From Heteronotia binoei (Eukaryota): DNA of 64,000 nt. Positions within the stretch are counted from its first letter, which is position 1. Every line of letters begins with the position of its first letter. The notes below the pieces were generated by a model. It had not been told where the DNA came from. It was given only the letters and a program-made list of their open reading frames with translations, and made no database searches. The DNA lies in contig NC_083239.1 of NCBI RefSeq assembly GCF_032191835.1, positions 56,606,001 through 56,670,000 of the forward strand. Reading direction: 5' to 3'. Made by a program: the position numbers and the translations under genes. Shown here in pieces: positions 35,163-46,708 of this stretch.

Positions 35163-36296
35163 CTGGAAGGGACGGGGCCCGGAGGTCAGAGGTCAGGCCC
35201 TGGCCTCTCCACCCGCCTGGAGTCAGTTCCAAACCAGCTTCAATGTGGAACAGGAGGCTGCTCAACTGCTGGAGCCAGCTGCTCTGGGGCCAGACCTCTG
35301 AATCCCTCCTCCTCTGGACAGCTGCCCACCTCCCCCCAAAGAACGGAAGTGACACCACGGGGGGGAGGGGCTTGGCACCCCAGGCAGTCTTACCCATTGC
35401 CCCCCCTTGCTCTGGGTTAAGGAATCCCTCTGGGGGAGGGGCTCCGCAGGGGGTTGTGCCGCAGAGTCCCCCCTCCAAAGCAACCATTTCCCCCAGGGGA
35501 AGTGCTCCTGGTTCTCAGAAATCAGTTGCAATTCTGGGAGACCTCCAGGCCCCACCTGGAGGTTGGCAGGTTTTCCCCTCCCCCCGCCCCCGGCCAGAAA
35601 CTCACAGCTCTGTCTGGGTCGCCTCCGGCTTCCTCTGGGGAGAGGGGCAAGTGGGGGCCCGTGGGGGTCCGGACTGGGGCGGGCTGCTCATTCCTTTTGG
35701 ACTCAGCGAGCTGCAAGACGGAGGGAGGCGGGAAGAGCAGAGTCACAGCAAACCCTCCCATCCCAGGCACCACCCCCAGGACCTCACCCATCCCCAGCTG
35801 CCCCCCCCCCCCCGGCAGAGGCCTTCCCCATCCCCTCCTGCCTGGCCCTTGTCGCTGGAGGAGCTGCTGGGGACTGAACCGGCGACCTTCTGCACACCAA
35901 GCAGAGGCCCATCTGGAGGGGCCTTCTGCTGAACCGGCCTGTCTTGTCTACGCAGGCAGAAAAGGGGCATTCCCACTCCCGACAGCCTTTCCTTTTAAAC
36001 CGGAGGTGCTGGAGACGGAAACCAGGAGGGCCTTTCTGCACCCCACGCCAAGGAAAGGGTCTTCCACGGAGCTGGACCACCAGAACAAGCCCCACTGGCA
36101 AGCTGTGGGTCAGGGATGAGTGGGGAAATAGAGCCCCCCCATGGAGAGAGTTCTGGACCCCAAGCAGCGCGTGAGGGGAGGGTGCGTGCGGACGAGCTGC
36201 CCTCCTCTCTACTTGTGCTGCAGCCACGGCTGGTATTCTGCAGCATCCAGCTCTAAGGAGGGCGATGGCTTTGCGAGGGGGGCCGTAGCTACTTAC

Positions 36297-38955
36297 AGGC
36301 GCTTGCCGTCTGGTCCTGCTCCTGCGGCCTTCTTGTACGTAGGCCTCGAAGCTGTGGAAAGAAAGAAAGAGAGGTTCCTTACCTGGACTTCTGGCTGTGC
36401 AGTGACTCCTCCTCAGTATCCTTCCACCCCCCCCCCCCACCTCCCAGTGCATTCCCTGGCCCCCAGAGGGAGCATGAGATGGATCACAGGAGGACTGGGT
36501 TGGGGGGCAGGTGGGGGGGCCTGTGGCAGGCCATGCCTACCTGGTCCTCCTAAGGCCCCTGTGATGCACGGACCGGTCAGCTTCCTCGTGCCACCGGGGG
36601 CCAGAATCAGAAGAGGCCCTCTGTGCCCCCCCACCCCATGCCACAGCGCTGGCAAGAGAAGAGCCCTGCCGGGTCAGGCCTCTGCTTTCCAACACGAGCT
36701 CCACAAAAACGCACCAAGGAGGCCCACTGGCTCCCTCCGCGCTCCCAGGCTGCAGCAGCTGCTCTGCCCAGGTAGACTGCCCCTGAATAAGGAGGCACCA
36801 GCAGGCCTCTTCCCTTCTCTCTCTGCTGGCAACCCTGCCCAGCCCCCAGCAAGAGCCAGCGGCCTCTCAGGCCCTCTCCCTCCTCGAGAATGGGCAGCAT
36901 TTCATTCCCACGCTCACTGGGGCTCCAAAGACCCACACCATGCCGTGGCATTCCCCAAAAGGTCAAGGCTCCGCACTGCACATTCCCAGCCCCTGGCAGA
37001 CAAAAGGACGCTGCGTCCGGGCAGAGCCCGCGGGGACATAGCTGGCATTCTGGGCCCCGGTCCCAGACACCTCCTCAGAGCGCTACTGGAGCACAGGCTG
37101 GCTCCAGGTCCCAGCCACCCCACAGCCCCCTCCCTCACCAAAAGCTCCAGCAAGAGTTTCAGGGCTTGGGCTTTGTCTGCTGTGGGGCTTACCTGCTCCC
37201 ACTCGAAGAGCAGCAGCGGGGGTGGGGGGGCTACATCTGGGTGGGTGGAGAAAAGGAGGGTCATGGGATCACCCAAAGGACAGAAGGTGCTTTTCCACAA
37301 GCTGCTGCTCTCTGGCTGTAATCAGTCAATGGCCGGGCGCAACAGTCGCAAAAAGGGGCGCTCAGGTACTGGTCACCCAGGAGTGGTTGGGAAAGATCCC
37401 CAGGCCCAGCCTCTGCCTTTCCCAGGTCTGGAGGAAGAGCTGCTGGGCAAGGCCCTCTGGAGCCAGAAGGGGACCAAGGGGCAGAAGGTGGCTTCCTTCC
37501 TTCCAGCGTCCACTGGTGGACTCCCCGGAAGCCTTGGCCAGACCCAGCATGCTCTTGGGCACTGGTCTGCAGGTGCTCCAGAAGCAGGAAGGAAGCAGCG
37601 CAGTGACCCTCTGGCTCATGAGGATTCAGCCCCCAGCTCAGCGGCTCCCTGCACCCCGGTGGGTGGGGGCACCTGCAAGAGGGGGCTTCCCCACCCAGTC
37701 CTGGGCAGGTGGGGGCCCTTGGAGGGCTGCAGGTGAGAGCAGAAGGAATTTCTCCTGCCTGACGCCCCCCCGCCATGAATGCAGCAGAGCAGCTCCCACT
37801 CCCCTGCAGACAATCAGCAGCTTGTTCCCCTCCAGCCTCCTCCCTCGGCCTGGCAGGAGTGCAGTGGGGATGCCAGGCATTCTGTTGGCTCAGCAGCAGG
37901 CAGGAGCTGCCCCTCTGCAAGGGGGCCGGGCCGGAGGAGCAACCGAGGCAGGTGGGCATCCCGAAGGCCCCGGCCAGAGACTCCACATCCTCCAGAAGCA
38001 GCCAGGCATCGAGGGCAGCCTCTGCCCCCCCAGCCGCTGTGCAAGAGCAGATGGGACCCTCCCAGGTCTGACCCCATAGAGCCCCTCACTGCCCTCTGGA
38101 AGCTCCAGGCACAGAAGGCCAGCTCCAGAGGAGGAGCTGTAGCCATCTCCTGTAGCAAAGCAAAACTCAAGTCCAGGCTACCGACATTTGTGCCCAAACT
38201 CCCTTTACCAGACCCAGGCTGGCTTCTGCCCCCTTCTCTCCCTTCCCATCTGTCTCTCCGAGGCCTGCAGAGGGCAGCTGCCAATCCCACCCAGGCCTAC
38301 CCAGGGGTCAGCCCTGCTCTGCTCAGTGGGTCTTACAGCCCAGGATGCACACATGGGATTGCAGCCCTGATTGCAGCGGTTAGGGGCCTGACTTCAACAC
38401 CCCCCCCCCACAGCTGCCCCAGAAGACTCCCTCGCGCTTGCCACTCTCTCAGCCAAATGTCCCACCCAGGGATGTCGCGAGGGCCAGGGCAGAAGGGAGG
38501 CTGCTGTGAGCTCCTTGGGAGGGGAGGGGAGGGGGTAGGATGTGCCTGAGAGGTGGCTTGCTCTCTGGGTGATCCCGCAAGTGCCAGCACAGGGAAAGGC
38601 AGCGAGGGGCCCATCCCCACAGCAGCTCCAGATGCTGCGCATTTTGTCCCACAAAGAAGCAGCCAGGCAGGCAGTGCGGAAGGGCCAAGAGCGGGCACTC
38701 CCCCCCCCCCGCCTGAGGCTGCCTTCATTCGCACCCTGCACCTCGCCATGCCAGGCTAGAGCCAGCCCAGCCACTAAAAAACCAAGCTGGAAGGAGGCAG
38801 GAAAGTCCCAGGATCTGAAGGTGGGGGGAGGGGGGGAGAGTCCAGCCTCAGGAAGCCAGGAAGGAGCGGCCGAGAGCCTCCCTGAAGCCAAAGGGAAGTC
38901 CAAGGCAGGCGTGGGCCCCACCCAAGGATGAGACCCCCCCCCACACACACACATG
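36297..38955 (-). CDS. Putative upstream coding exons of a long PRX isoform: 36297-36351, 36383-36455, 36541-36648, 37193-37236 or 37193-37315, about 37380-38264, 38337-38955
   Basis: Canonical GT-AG boundaries with mostly compatible phases and protein-like translations. Continuity needs single-base corrections in G/C runs, and one predicted intron is only 31 nt. No homologue recognised. Confidence 0.4.
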
Positions 38956-40199
38956 CTGAGAGAGGAGGGAAGGAAGTGGCCCCCTCCCCAGACCTATCAT
39001 GGAGGGCACCTTTTCAGGCTCATTTCCTTCCACTGTTGTTCAACACATTTCAGGAAGAAGTGGGGGGGGGCAGGGGAGGTTAAAGGGACTGAATCAGAAG
39101 AAGGATTAGAGGCAGGGAGAGAGGCCAGCTTGCTCAAGGGCAGGTGGGGAGGGGGCTGAAGGGATGGGTACCCTCCTCACCATTCACTCTACCATTTCTT
39201 GCCTGCTGCTGTTCTCTGCAATGAGATTATGAAATCCTGGCCAGGTGGGGGGAGGGTTGTGAAGTCACACTCTGCACATGCCCAGGGGCACTCTTGCCAT
39301 CCTGCAACACATTCCTTGCAGGGCCCGAGTGGCCCCAGTTCTGCAAGTGGGTGGGGCAGGGAAGGAAGGGAAGGGTCCGTCCTTTATGATTTAATATGAA
39401 CCAGTAACAGAGAACTAGGAGGGACTGACCACTTTCCACAAGGCATCCACAAAACTGCACCACCACCACCACCACCCCGGTCAACTTGGGACCAAGCCCT
39501 CCTCTCACCTCCCAGGGGCTGGTGATGAGTGCTGCGGCCGTCTGTGGCCCAGAAGTGGCCCGCCCTTTCCTGTCCGTGCGAGGGGGCCACTTGCCCTCTG
39601 CCCCCCTCCCCAGCATCCTGTCTCTAATTCGTGACCTGGGGCCACCCGTCTGTCGCCAGTTCAGAGACAGCCTTCCTGGGTGTGACCAGACGCCCCTTTC
39701 TGCCATCCTGGGGGAACCTTTAAACCCCGTCAGCGTGAGTTCCCTGTGCAGGGAGTTTATTAGGCAGCTTTTTATTTTGATTGTCTTGTCTTGTTGCTGT
39801 GTCTGCCTCTTGAACTTCGCCTGTCTGAATCTGATCCTAGGATCATGGCATAGATGCGTGACTACAGGTTGTTGTCTGGGGGGAAGGGGGGACCTTAAAG
39901 GGTTTGCATATCGTTTTTAAAAGGTTAAAGACAATGCAAAAAAAAAAAAGGAATTCAGAAGCAGACTCGAAACAAAAAATAAAACCAGACGTGGCAAAGA
40001 TTTGCTAAGCTTCACTGCCTGTTTCAAGATTTTGGGTGCTGTCAACCCCTGAAGACTCCCAGGCACCAAAGGGGGGTGGGCTGGGCTGTGCCCATTAAAT
40101 GCTCTTTTGCAGCCAAGCCCCCGGAGACCCCCGGCCGAGCCTGCCTCTGGGGTTTGAGGATGACCCTCACGGCAGCAGTTCAGAGTGAGGAAGGAAGAC

Positions 40200-40900
40200 C
40201 GTTTGGGCAGCTCCCCATTCCCTGAATGGTGCCAGACTGGCCTTTCCCCACCTCCGTCAGGTCAGGCTCCCCCCAGGCTCCCTTCTGACTTCCCTCCTTG
40301 TGTGACCCTTGCAGTGGACGCCTCCCGGCTGGACCACTGTAACTCGCTACCCTTCAGAGTGACCCAGAAGGCAGCTCACAGGAACACCCCTCAGAGCCCA
40401 CATCCAACTGGCTCCCAGCTGGATTCCAGACCTTCAAGGGCCCCCCTGCGGTCTGGGACCCCCCCCCCTTCAGGGCCATATGTCCTTCAAAGAGCTTTAC
40501 GCTCTGTGGACCCGCATCTTCTGGTGATGCCTCGGCCGGCCCAAGGGACACCCACCTAGCCTCAACCAGTCAGGGCCTTCTCAGCTCTGGCCCCGGCTTG
40601 GTGGAACACCCTCCCAAGCGAGATCCAGGCATTCCACCAGGCCGAGGGTTGAGGCAGCAGAAGTCCATCCGGCCTGGCCTCCCCCCACCCAGCTCCATCT
40701 TGACTTCTCATCCACCCACCTGCCTCTCTTCTGGGCAACCGCTGCACGCGGGCAGAGACTGGGGAGAATGGAGGCACGAAGCTGTGGCCCTTGCCAACCA
40801 CTGGAGTGTTTTAACTGAGAATATATATTTCGAGGGGGTTTAACCATTATTTAGATCTATGTCTAACTGCCAAATTTCTATTAGTGTTCCTGTATAGCTG
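40200..40900 (+). mobile_element. Degenerate L2-type LINE fragment
   Basis: Translation includes VDASRLDHCNSL, like the L2 ORF2 SRLDYCNSLL motif; heavily decayed. Confidence 0.5.
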
Positions 40901-42479
40901 AGCCTTGTTGTGCAGGGAGAGGAGGGCGAGGAAGGCAAATATAACACACACACACACACATGTCTTGAGGCCCACTCCTCAAGCTCGCCAGGCCCCCTGC
41001 CAGCAGCTGCTCCACCCAGGGCAAGGGCAAAGGTGCCGCCTCCAAGGCTGTGTGGGCTGGGGGCAGCCGTGGGTGGGGGCCGTTCAGGGCTGAAGGGCAG
41101 GAGTGCCCCCCCCCCCCAGAGCATCTTTGGCCCCAAGGGGCTTCTTCGCCTTGCTGCTCTTGCCTGTCACTGCAGCCACGTAATCCGATCCACGTGGGAA
41201 AGGGGCCCAGAGGATCATCGGCCCAGCCAAGAGGTTAAAGAGCTGGTCGAGAGGTCCAGACCGAGGCCTCTCTCTCACACACACACACACACACAACTGG
41301 CATCCCCTCCAGCTTCGCCTCTCTCTCCTGGGCCTTCCCTGCCTGGACTCCACCAAGTGAAACGGGAGTCCCAGCTGCACTGGGGATTCATAACAACAGA
41401 AGCCACCCCCTCCAGCAGGGTTTGTGCACATTGGAGTGCAGCCCTGCCGTGGCAGAGAGCAGGAAGAGGTTTCTGTGGCCTGGCGCTGAACCTAGCAGAG
41501 TCCTTGAGGATCTAAAGCAGCCCCCCTCCCCCCCCCCCGCCAGAGGCCCCAGAGCAAAGACCCCCCCCTCCTCTCCTGGGAACAGCCAGCAGCCCACCCC
41601 AGGGCCAGAGCCTGTTCAGGCCAGCAAAGAGGGAGACGGGGAGAAGTGCTGGAGGGGCTGCTGCAAGTGAAGGGTCCCGCCTGCCTGCCGATCCGCTGGG
41701 CCGGAGCCAACAATGCGGAGACGGAAAACAGCCATCAGCTCCTTTCCTGCTAGGACGGGGGCGGGAAAGAGAGCGAGAGAAGCCTGACATCCTCTCCAAC
41801 GCACAGGGAGTTTCAAGCAAGGAGTTGGCCATTTTGTCACAGCGCAGAGGCTGCCCCACTGGGGTGGAGGCCCCAGAGCCTGAGTGGGAGACGGGCAGGA
41901 AGGAGAAGGTCTCTGCCTCTCTCCTGGGGGGCCTGGAAGCCTGGAGCACCCCAGCTGGAGTGGCAGCCCCTCTCTTCGGGCAAGGGGTGCCCTCCTCTCC
42001 CCCCAGCGCAGCAAGGCAGTGTGGTTGTGGTGGTTCAGAGTGTTGGATGGGGAGAACCAGGTTTGAATCCTGACTCATGCCACGGGAGCTCATCACGGGG
42101 TGGCCTCCCTCGCTGGGTTGTTGTGAGGGCAAAACGGAGGAGAGGAGAAGAAGTCAGCAGCTTCGGCTCCCCCCAGGGCGAAACGGACCCAACACATCAG
42201 CAAGGGAGCCGTCCCTCTCCCTCCCGGCAGCGAAGGGGCCGCTCGCGTCTCAGCGGTGTTTTGGGGTCCTTTGGCAACTTGCAAGAAAGCAGGATTTTGG
42301 ATGGGAAAGGCTGGACGCTGGGATTGCCTATGCGAATGGCAACATGAGCTCATGATTCAAGGGCTTGATATTCTTCATGAACTGGGGGGGGGGGAGCAGC
42401 CCTCAGAAGAGCCACTGCAACCCCCCCCCCCCTCAGGCCCCGCCCGGAGTCCCCCAAGGGCTTCTCTGAGGCGGGGGGC

Positions 42480-43260
42480 GGGGCCCTTCTCCGTTGGGGA
42501 GATTTGGGGAGAGCCCCCTTGGTTGGGCTCGGCTGTGGGCCGGGCTGCAGTCGATGCCGGTCCCTGAAGCGCCCGGGCTGCCCGCTTTGCCACCGCTGGG
42601 GGAGGGGGGCAGAAGGGCGGCACGGAAGCCAGGCGGCGCTGCCCGGGGCAGGCAAGGAGCTGGGGCGGGGGCTTGTGCGCGGCCCCGCGAACGGCCAGCT
42701 GCGCCCCAGGCCCAGGGCTGCCGGAGCCCCCCAGCAAGCGGCCAGTCCCCCGCAGAGGAAGCCCAGCCTGGCCCCCCGCGGCGGAACTGCAGGGAAGGCG
42801 GCCGCCTCGCCTGGCCCGGCCCGGCCTCCCCTCCCCTCGCCTCGCCTCCCGCCGGGCTGCCCGCCTGGCTCACCTGGCCGCCGTCCGCCCTTGGCCGCGG
42901 GCCGCGCTCCCCGTGCAGCAGCAGCAGCAGCAGGCGCTGGGCAGGCCTCCGCCGCTCTGGGCAGCCGCCCTTGGGCTGCGCCGCGGGGCCGAGGAGGCGC
43001 CGGCGGGCAGGAAAGGGGCGGCCCCCGACGGCCATCCAGCCAGGCTCCAGCCCGTGGGCGCCGCGCTCGCCTGCCTCGGCCCTGCCCCACCGACAGAGGG
43101 AGGGGCGCTCCCCAGCCCTGCTCCCGCCCGGCCCTCTGCACGTGCTCAGGGGCGCCGCCGCCGCCGCCGGCCGAAGGGCTGAGCCAGCCAGGCTGCCTGC
43201 GGGGACGCCCCTAAGGCCGAGGAGCCGTGCCTGAGCGTCTGTCTGGGGAAGGCTGCACCG
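42480..43260. promoter_or_regulatory. CpG island in the PRX 5' region (possible alternative promoter or GC-rich exon)
   Basis: Very high GC and CpG density; contains a strong minus-strand donor CAG|GTGAGC at 42874/42873. Confidence 0.55.
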
Positions 43261-43386
43261 CATCTCCCCCCCACCCCCACCCCCGCTGCTCCGGTTTGCG
43301 GATGGGGACTGGCAGAGGGGCCAGGCCGGACTTCGCGCCCCCCCCCCCCCCCGAACAGGCGGAGGAGACTCCCCGCTGCTCTCTAC

Positions 43387-43921
43387 CTTTTCTCGGCTTC
43401 CAATCGCCCCCCCCCCCACGACTGACAGACAGACAGACGCCCTGTGGGGCGGGGGAACTTCCCTGGAGGGAGGGGAGAGCTTCGAGACTGGGGCTGCCCC
43501 AAGGTCACCCCAGCAGGCTGCAGGTGGAGGAGGAGGTGGGGAAGCACCGGCCTCAGCCCTGAACCACAGCACAGCTCGCCCCCCTCCCTCACGAGTGCCC
43601 CCCAGCGGCAAGCAGGCGCTGGCCGAGCAGCAGCCCACTGAAGAGGAGCAGGACCTCCCCCCCCAGCACCTGCACAAAAGGCCAAGGGGACTGGGCACAG
43701 GAGGCGGCCGGCCGGGCAGGGCACAGAGGCACCTCCCTCTCTGGGGCCCAAAGCCTACGGGCACACTCTGCAGCAGGCTGCATCTTTTCCTGGGCCAGAA
43801 CTGACTGAAAGGGGAAGCAATCCCCCTCCCCCCAGGGATTGGCTGCCTCTCTGGGCCCCCTACCTGAGTGGGCCGCTGGGGACCAGGAGACCCCAAACAC
43901 CCTGGCGAAGCAGTCACACAT
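43387..43921 (-). CDS. Putative first coding exons of an AHNAK2-like PRX isoform: 43864-43921 (MCDCFARVFGVSWSPAAHS), 43593-43669, 43387-43517
   Basis: ATG with A at -3; MCDCF start; donor CAG|GTAGGG (phase 1). The next exons have pyrimidine-tract acceptors and compatible phases (1 to 0, then 0). Same strand as PRX and upstream of it. Confidence 0.55.
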
Positions 43922-46492
43922 CCTTCCTGCCGCTGGGGCTGGGCTGGGGCTTCCTGGCTCTGCTCCGGGCTAAAGACCCTGCCCTGCGTGTGCCCCAGAG
44001 TGAAAGGCAGCCAGCCAGCCGGCCGGCAGGATTAGAGCAAACCCTCCATCAGCAGTTTGGGCAGCCTCTGAAAGCCCCCGGGCATTGTTGGGCTGGAGGG
44101 CAGGAGGGCCAGGCTGGGAGAGACAAAGGCAGGCCGCAGCCGCCCCTCTCGCTGGCTCCCCTGCAGGGGTGGGGGGCTGAGCCCTCAGGAAGAGGAGGCA
44201 GCCTGGGCAGAGGAGGGGGGCCGAGTGCAGCAGGAGCCACAGCAGGCACCCTGAGAAGGTGGAGCCCACCAGGCGAAGTCAAAGGGCAGCACTGAGCCAG
44301 CCCAGTGGAGGGACACCATTTCCACGAGGACCAGCCGCATGCACGCTCTCTTTTTAAAAAAGTGCATTGGCTGGTGATTCTCTTGCAACCGGCCCTGAAG
44401 TATTTCCACGTCCCGAGAGCACCAGCCGCTCCGATGCCGCCAGCCGCCTGACTCCTCCCACTCGTAACACTTCCAGAGTTTTAGAGTTCTGCACTAATTA
44501 GTAATATTCTCCTCCAGTGAGCTCAGGGGAGCCACGGCAGCCTTTTCGTGGCTGGTTCTGCAGCCGTCATTTTGTGGCAGCCTCTTGTGGCTGTGCCCAC
44601 CCACCTGAGCCAGGATGCCAGAAGTGCCCACAGGCTCAAAAAGGCTGTTGTGTAAAACCCTCCAACATTTACTGAGAATCACATGGAGCCAAACCCAAGA
44701 ATTGCAGCCCAGAATAAGGGGGGCGGGAGGAGGAGCCCTGTGCCCTGAAAAGCCAGAGGCAGGCCTGCCTTCTCCCTTCCCAAGAGCACCCAAAGCACCA
44801 GGAATTGGAAGCAGCTCTTCCTCTCCAGGGTCTGGGCCACAAAGGAAGGATGGCAAGCGGGGGGCTGCTGTTCCTCTTTCCTGGGAAGCCTTGCAGGGTG
44901 TGGTGTGTGGTGAGGCAGCTGCCTCTCAAGGAGGGGGACTGGGTTCCCCGCCCCGTGGCGACCCTCATGGGAGTGGGGGAATCCTTCTGGTCAACTGCAG
45001 GGCGGGCGCTGTGGGGCTCTGTGCCGTGGGGGCAAGGAAGCTGGTTCCAGAGATAGACGTGGGAAGCTTGGAGAAGAGGTCAGGATATCCTCCTGCCTGG
45101 TTTCCTTGTGGTGAGGCGTGGGTGGGGCAAGCCCCACACCCACCAGCCAGCAGGTGCCCCCCCCCCAGGAAGCTTCTGCTGCAGGGGGCAGCTCGGAACA
45201 TTCTCAGGGCAGCCCCCTTTACTATCACGGACTGCAGGGGGGGGGGGGCTGGAGGCAGAAGGGGGCAGACCCACTCCATTTCCAGACTGGCCAAAGAGCA
45301 CCCCAGGCTCTTGGAATCAGTTGACCAGAACAAGGACATCATAGTAGGGCTCATGCTGGCTGGGAGAAGGCTCTGGGGGGACAAGCCACACCCTTTCGGC
45401 CACAGGCCTGCCACCGCCCCTCACCCCTGGAGTGGGGGGACAACCACACAGTCAGGGGGTCTTCAAAGGAATGGGGGGCAGTTGGGAGTTCCTCAGCAGC
45501 GGCAGTTCTTCAGAAGCCTCTCGCCAAACAGCTGGGATGAGAAAGGGGACTTGGATATTCAAAGTGTTTTTTCCCCCTCAAGAAGCCCCACCCCCTCCCT
45601 AAATATGGAGGAACTCCGTGGAGGTCCCTCTGGAAGCCCAAACCTGCTCGCAGCAGACATAGTTTCGGGGGGGGGGGGGGGCGGTGTCCAGATTCCCTCA
45701 CCAGAATCAGGGTGATGCTAATGCCAGGAGGGAGAGCCTTGAGTGGTCAGAATTGGGGGGGGGGGGGAAGGGGTGTATTGGATCTTAAAAAAAAAAAAAA
45801 GATTGTTGTGGTTCTAAGTTAAAATGTTTCCCCCCACCGCCACCCTTTCCTCCCTGTTGGCAACTTATGATTCTTGGGATGGGTTCTGTCCGCTTCCAAA
45901 GGAAAAGAGCCTTTGCTCCACAGAATGAAAGCTCTCCCCTGGGGCCTGATGCCCACCAGCGCTGCCCCCCCAGGGCCCCCCTTGCAAGCCTCTCTTCTGC
46001 TTTGGCCGACAGGATGGCAGCTGCGCCCTCTTGTGGCAGTGCCAGAGACCGTGCCTGGCAGCTTTGCCCCTTCGGCTGCCCTGAGCCGCTCCCTGGCTGG
46101 GATACGGGGTGGCACCTTCCAGGGAGAGCGGGGCCCCAAGAACTGGGCAGACAGGAATGGGGAGAAGAAGGAAACACCCCTTGAGTCGCAGGCTCCCAGC
46201 AAAAGGCACACTTGGAGTGGAGGAGAAAATGTGCCCATCTAGAAGGCTCAGCTGCAGCCAGTTCCTCGCAGCAGGTGCTCACTCCCTTTCCCAGGCCGAC
46301 CTCAGCCAGAGCCCTCCAGGCCTGGCCCAGGCTATGTCCTCCCCACCCCCACACAGGCGCTCAAAATCAGCTGCCTTCTGCCCGGCCCACTGGATGGAGG
46401 GGCGTGGAGGAGGGATATTGAGTACATTTGTCTGCTTCTTTCCCTTTCCTCTTGGTCTCAGGCGGCTGACAAAAACAGTTAAAACATCCCCA

Positions 46493-46708
46493 GCCAACAT
46501 TCCCTCGAAGCTGCAGTCTTGTGAGCAAAAATTCTACTTTGTGAGCTACTGGCAATAAAGTTGGGAGCAACTGGCATTAAAGTTGGGAGCTATTGCATAA
46601 ATTAGTTTGCTCTGGGGCCATTTTTCCTGAGCTGAGACAGAAATGTGTGAGCTGGAGGCTAAAAAATTGTGAGCTAGCTCACACTCACTCAGCTTAGAGG
46701 GAACACTG
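46493..46708. mobile_element. Short hAT-like MITE
   Basis: Degenerate terminal inverted repeats (CA..TTCCCTC(G/T)AAGCTG ... CAGCTTAGAGGGAACACTG); homologous to 300-478. Confidence 0.6.

Noticed and set aside
38940-38955. ATG TGT GTG TGT (MCVC) as a second MCxC-type start
   Set aside because: It derives from a (TG)n run directly after an acceptor; the resemblance to MCDC is probably coincidental.
42433-43917. 494-aa minus-strand ORF and overlapping 200-260-aa ORFs
   Set aside because: Expected from stop-codon scarcity at very high GC; no domain. Only sub-segments bounded by splice sites are considered.
44615-45715. 366-aa plus-strand ORF between PRX and SERTAD1
   Set aside because: No recognisable homology or splice context; composition is typical of a chance GC-rich ORF.
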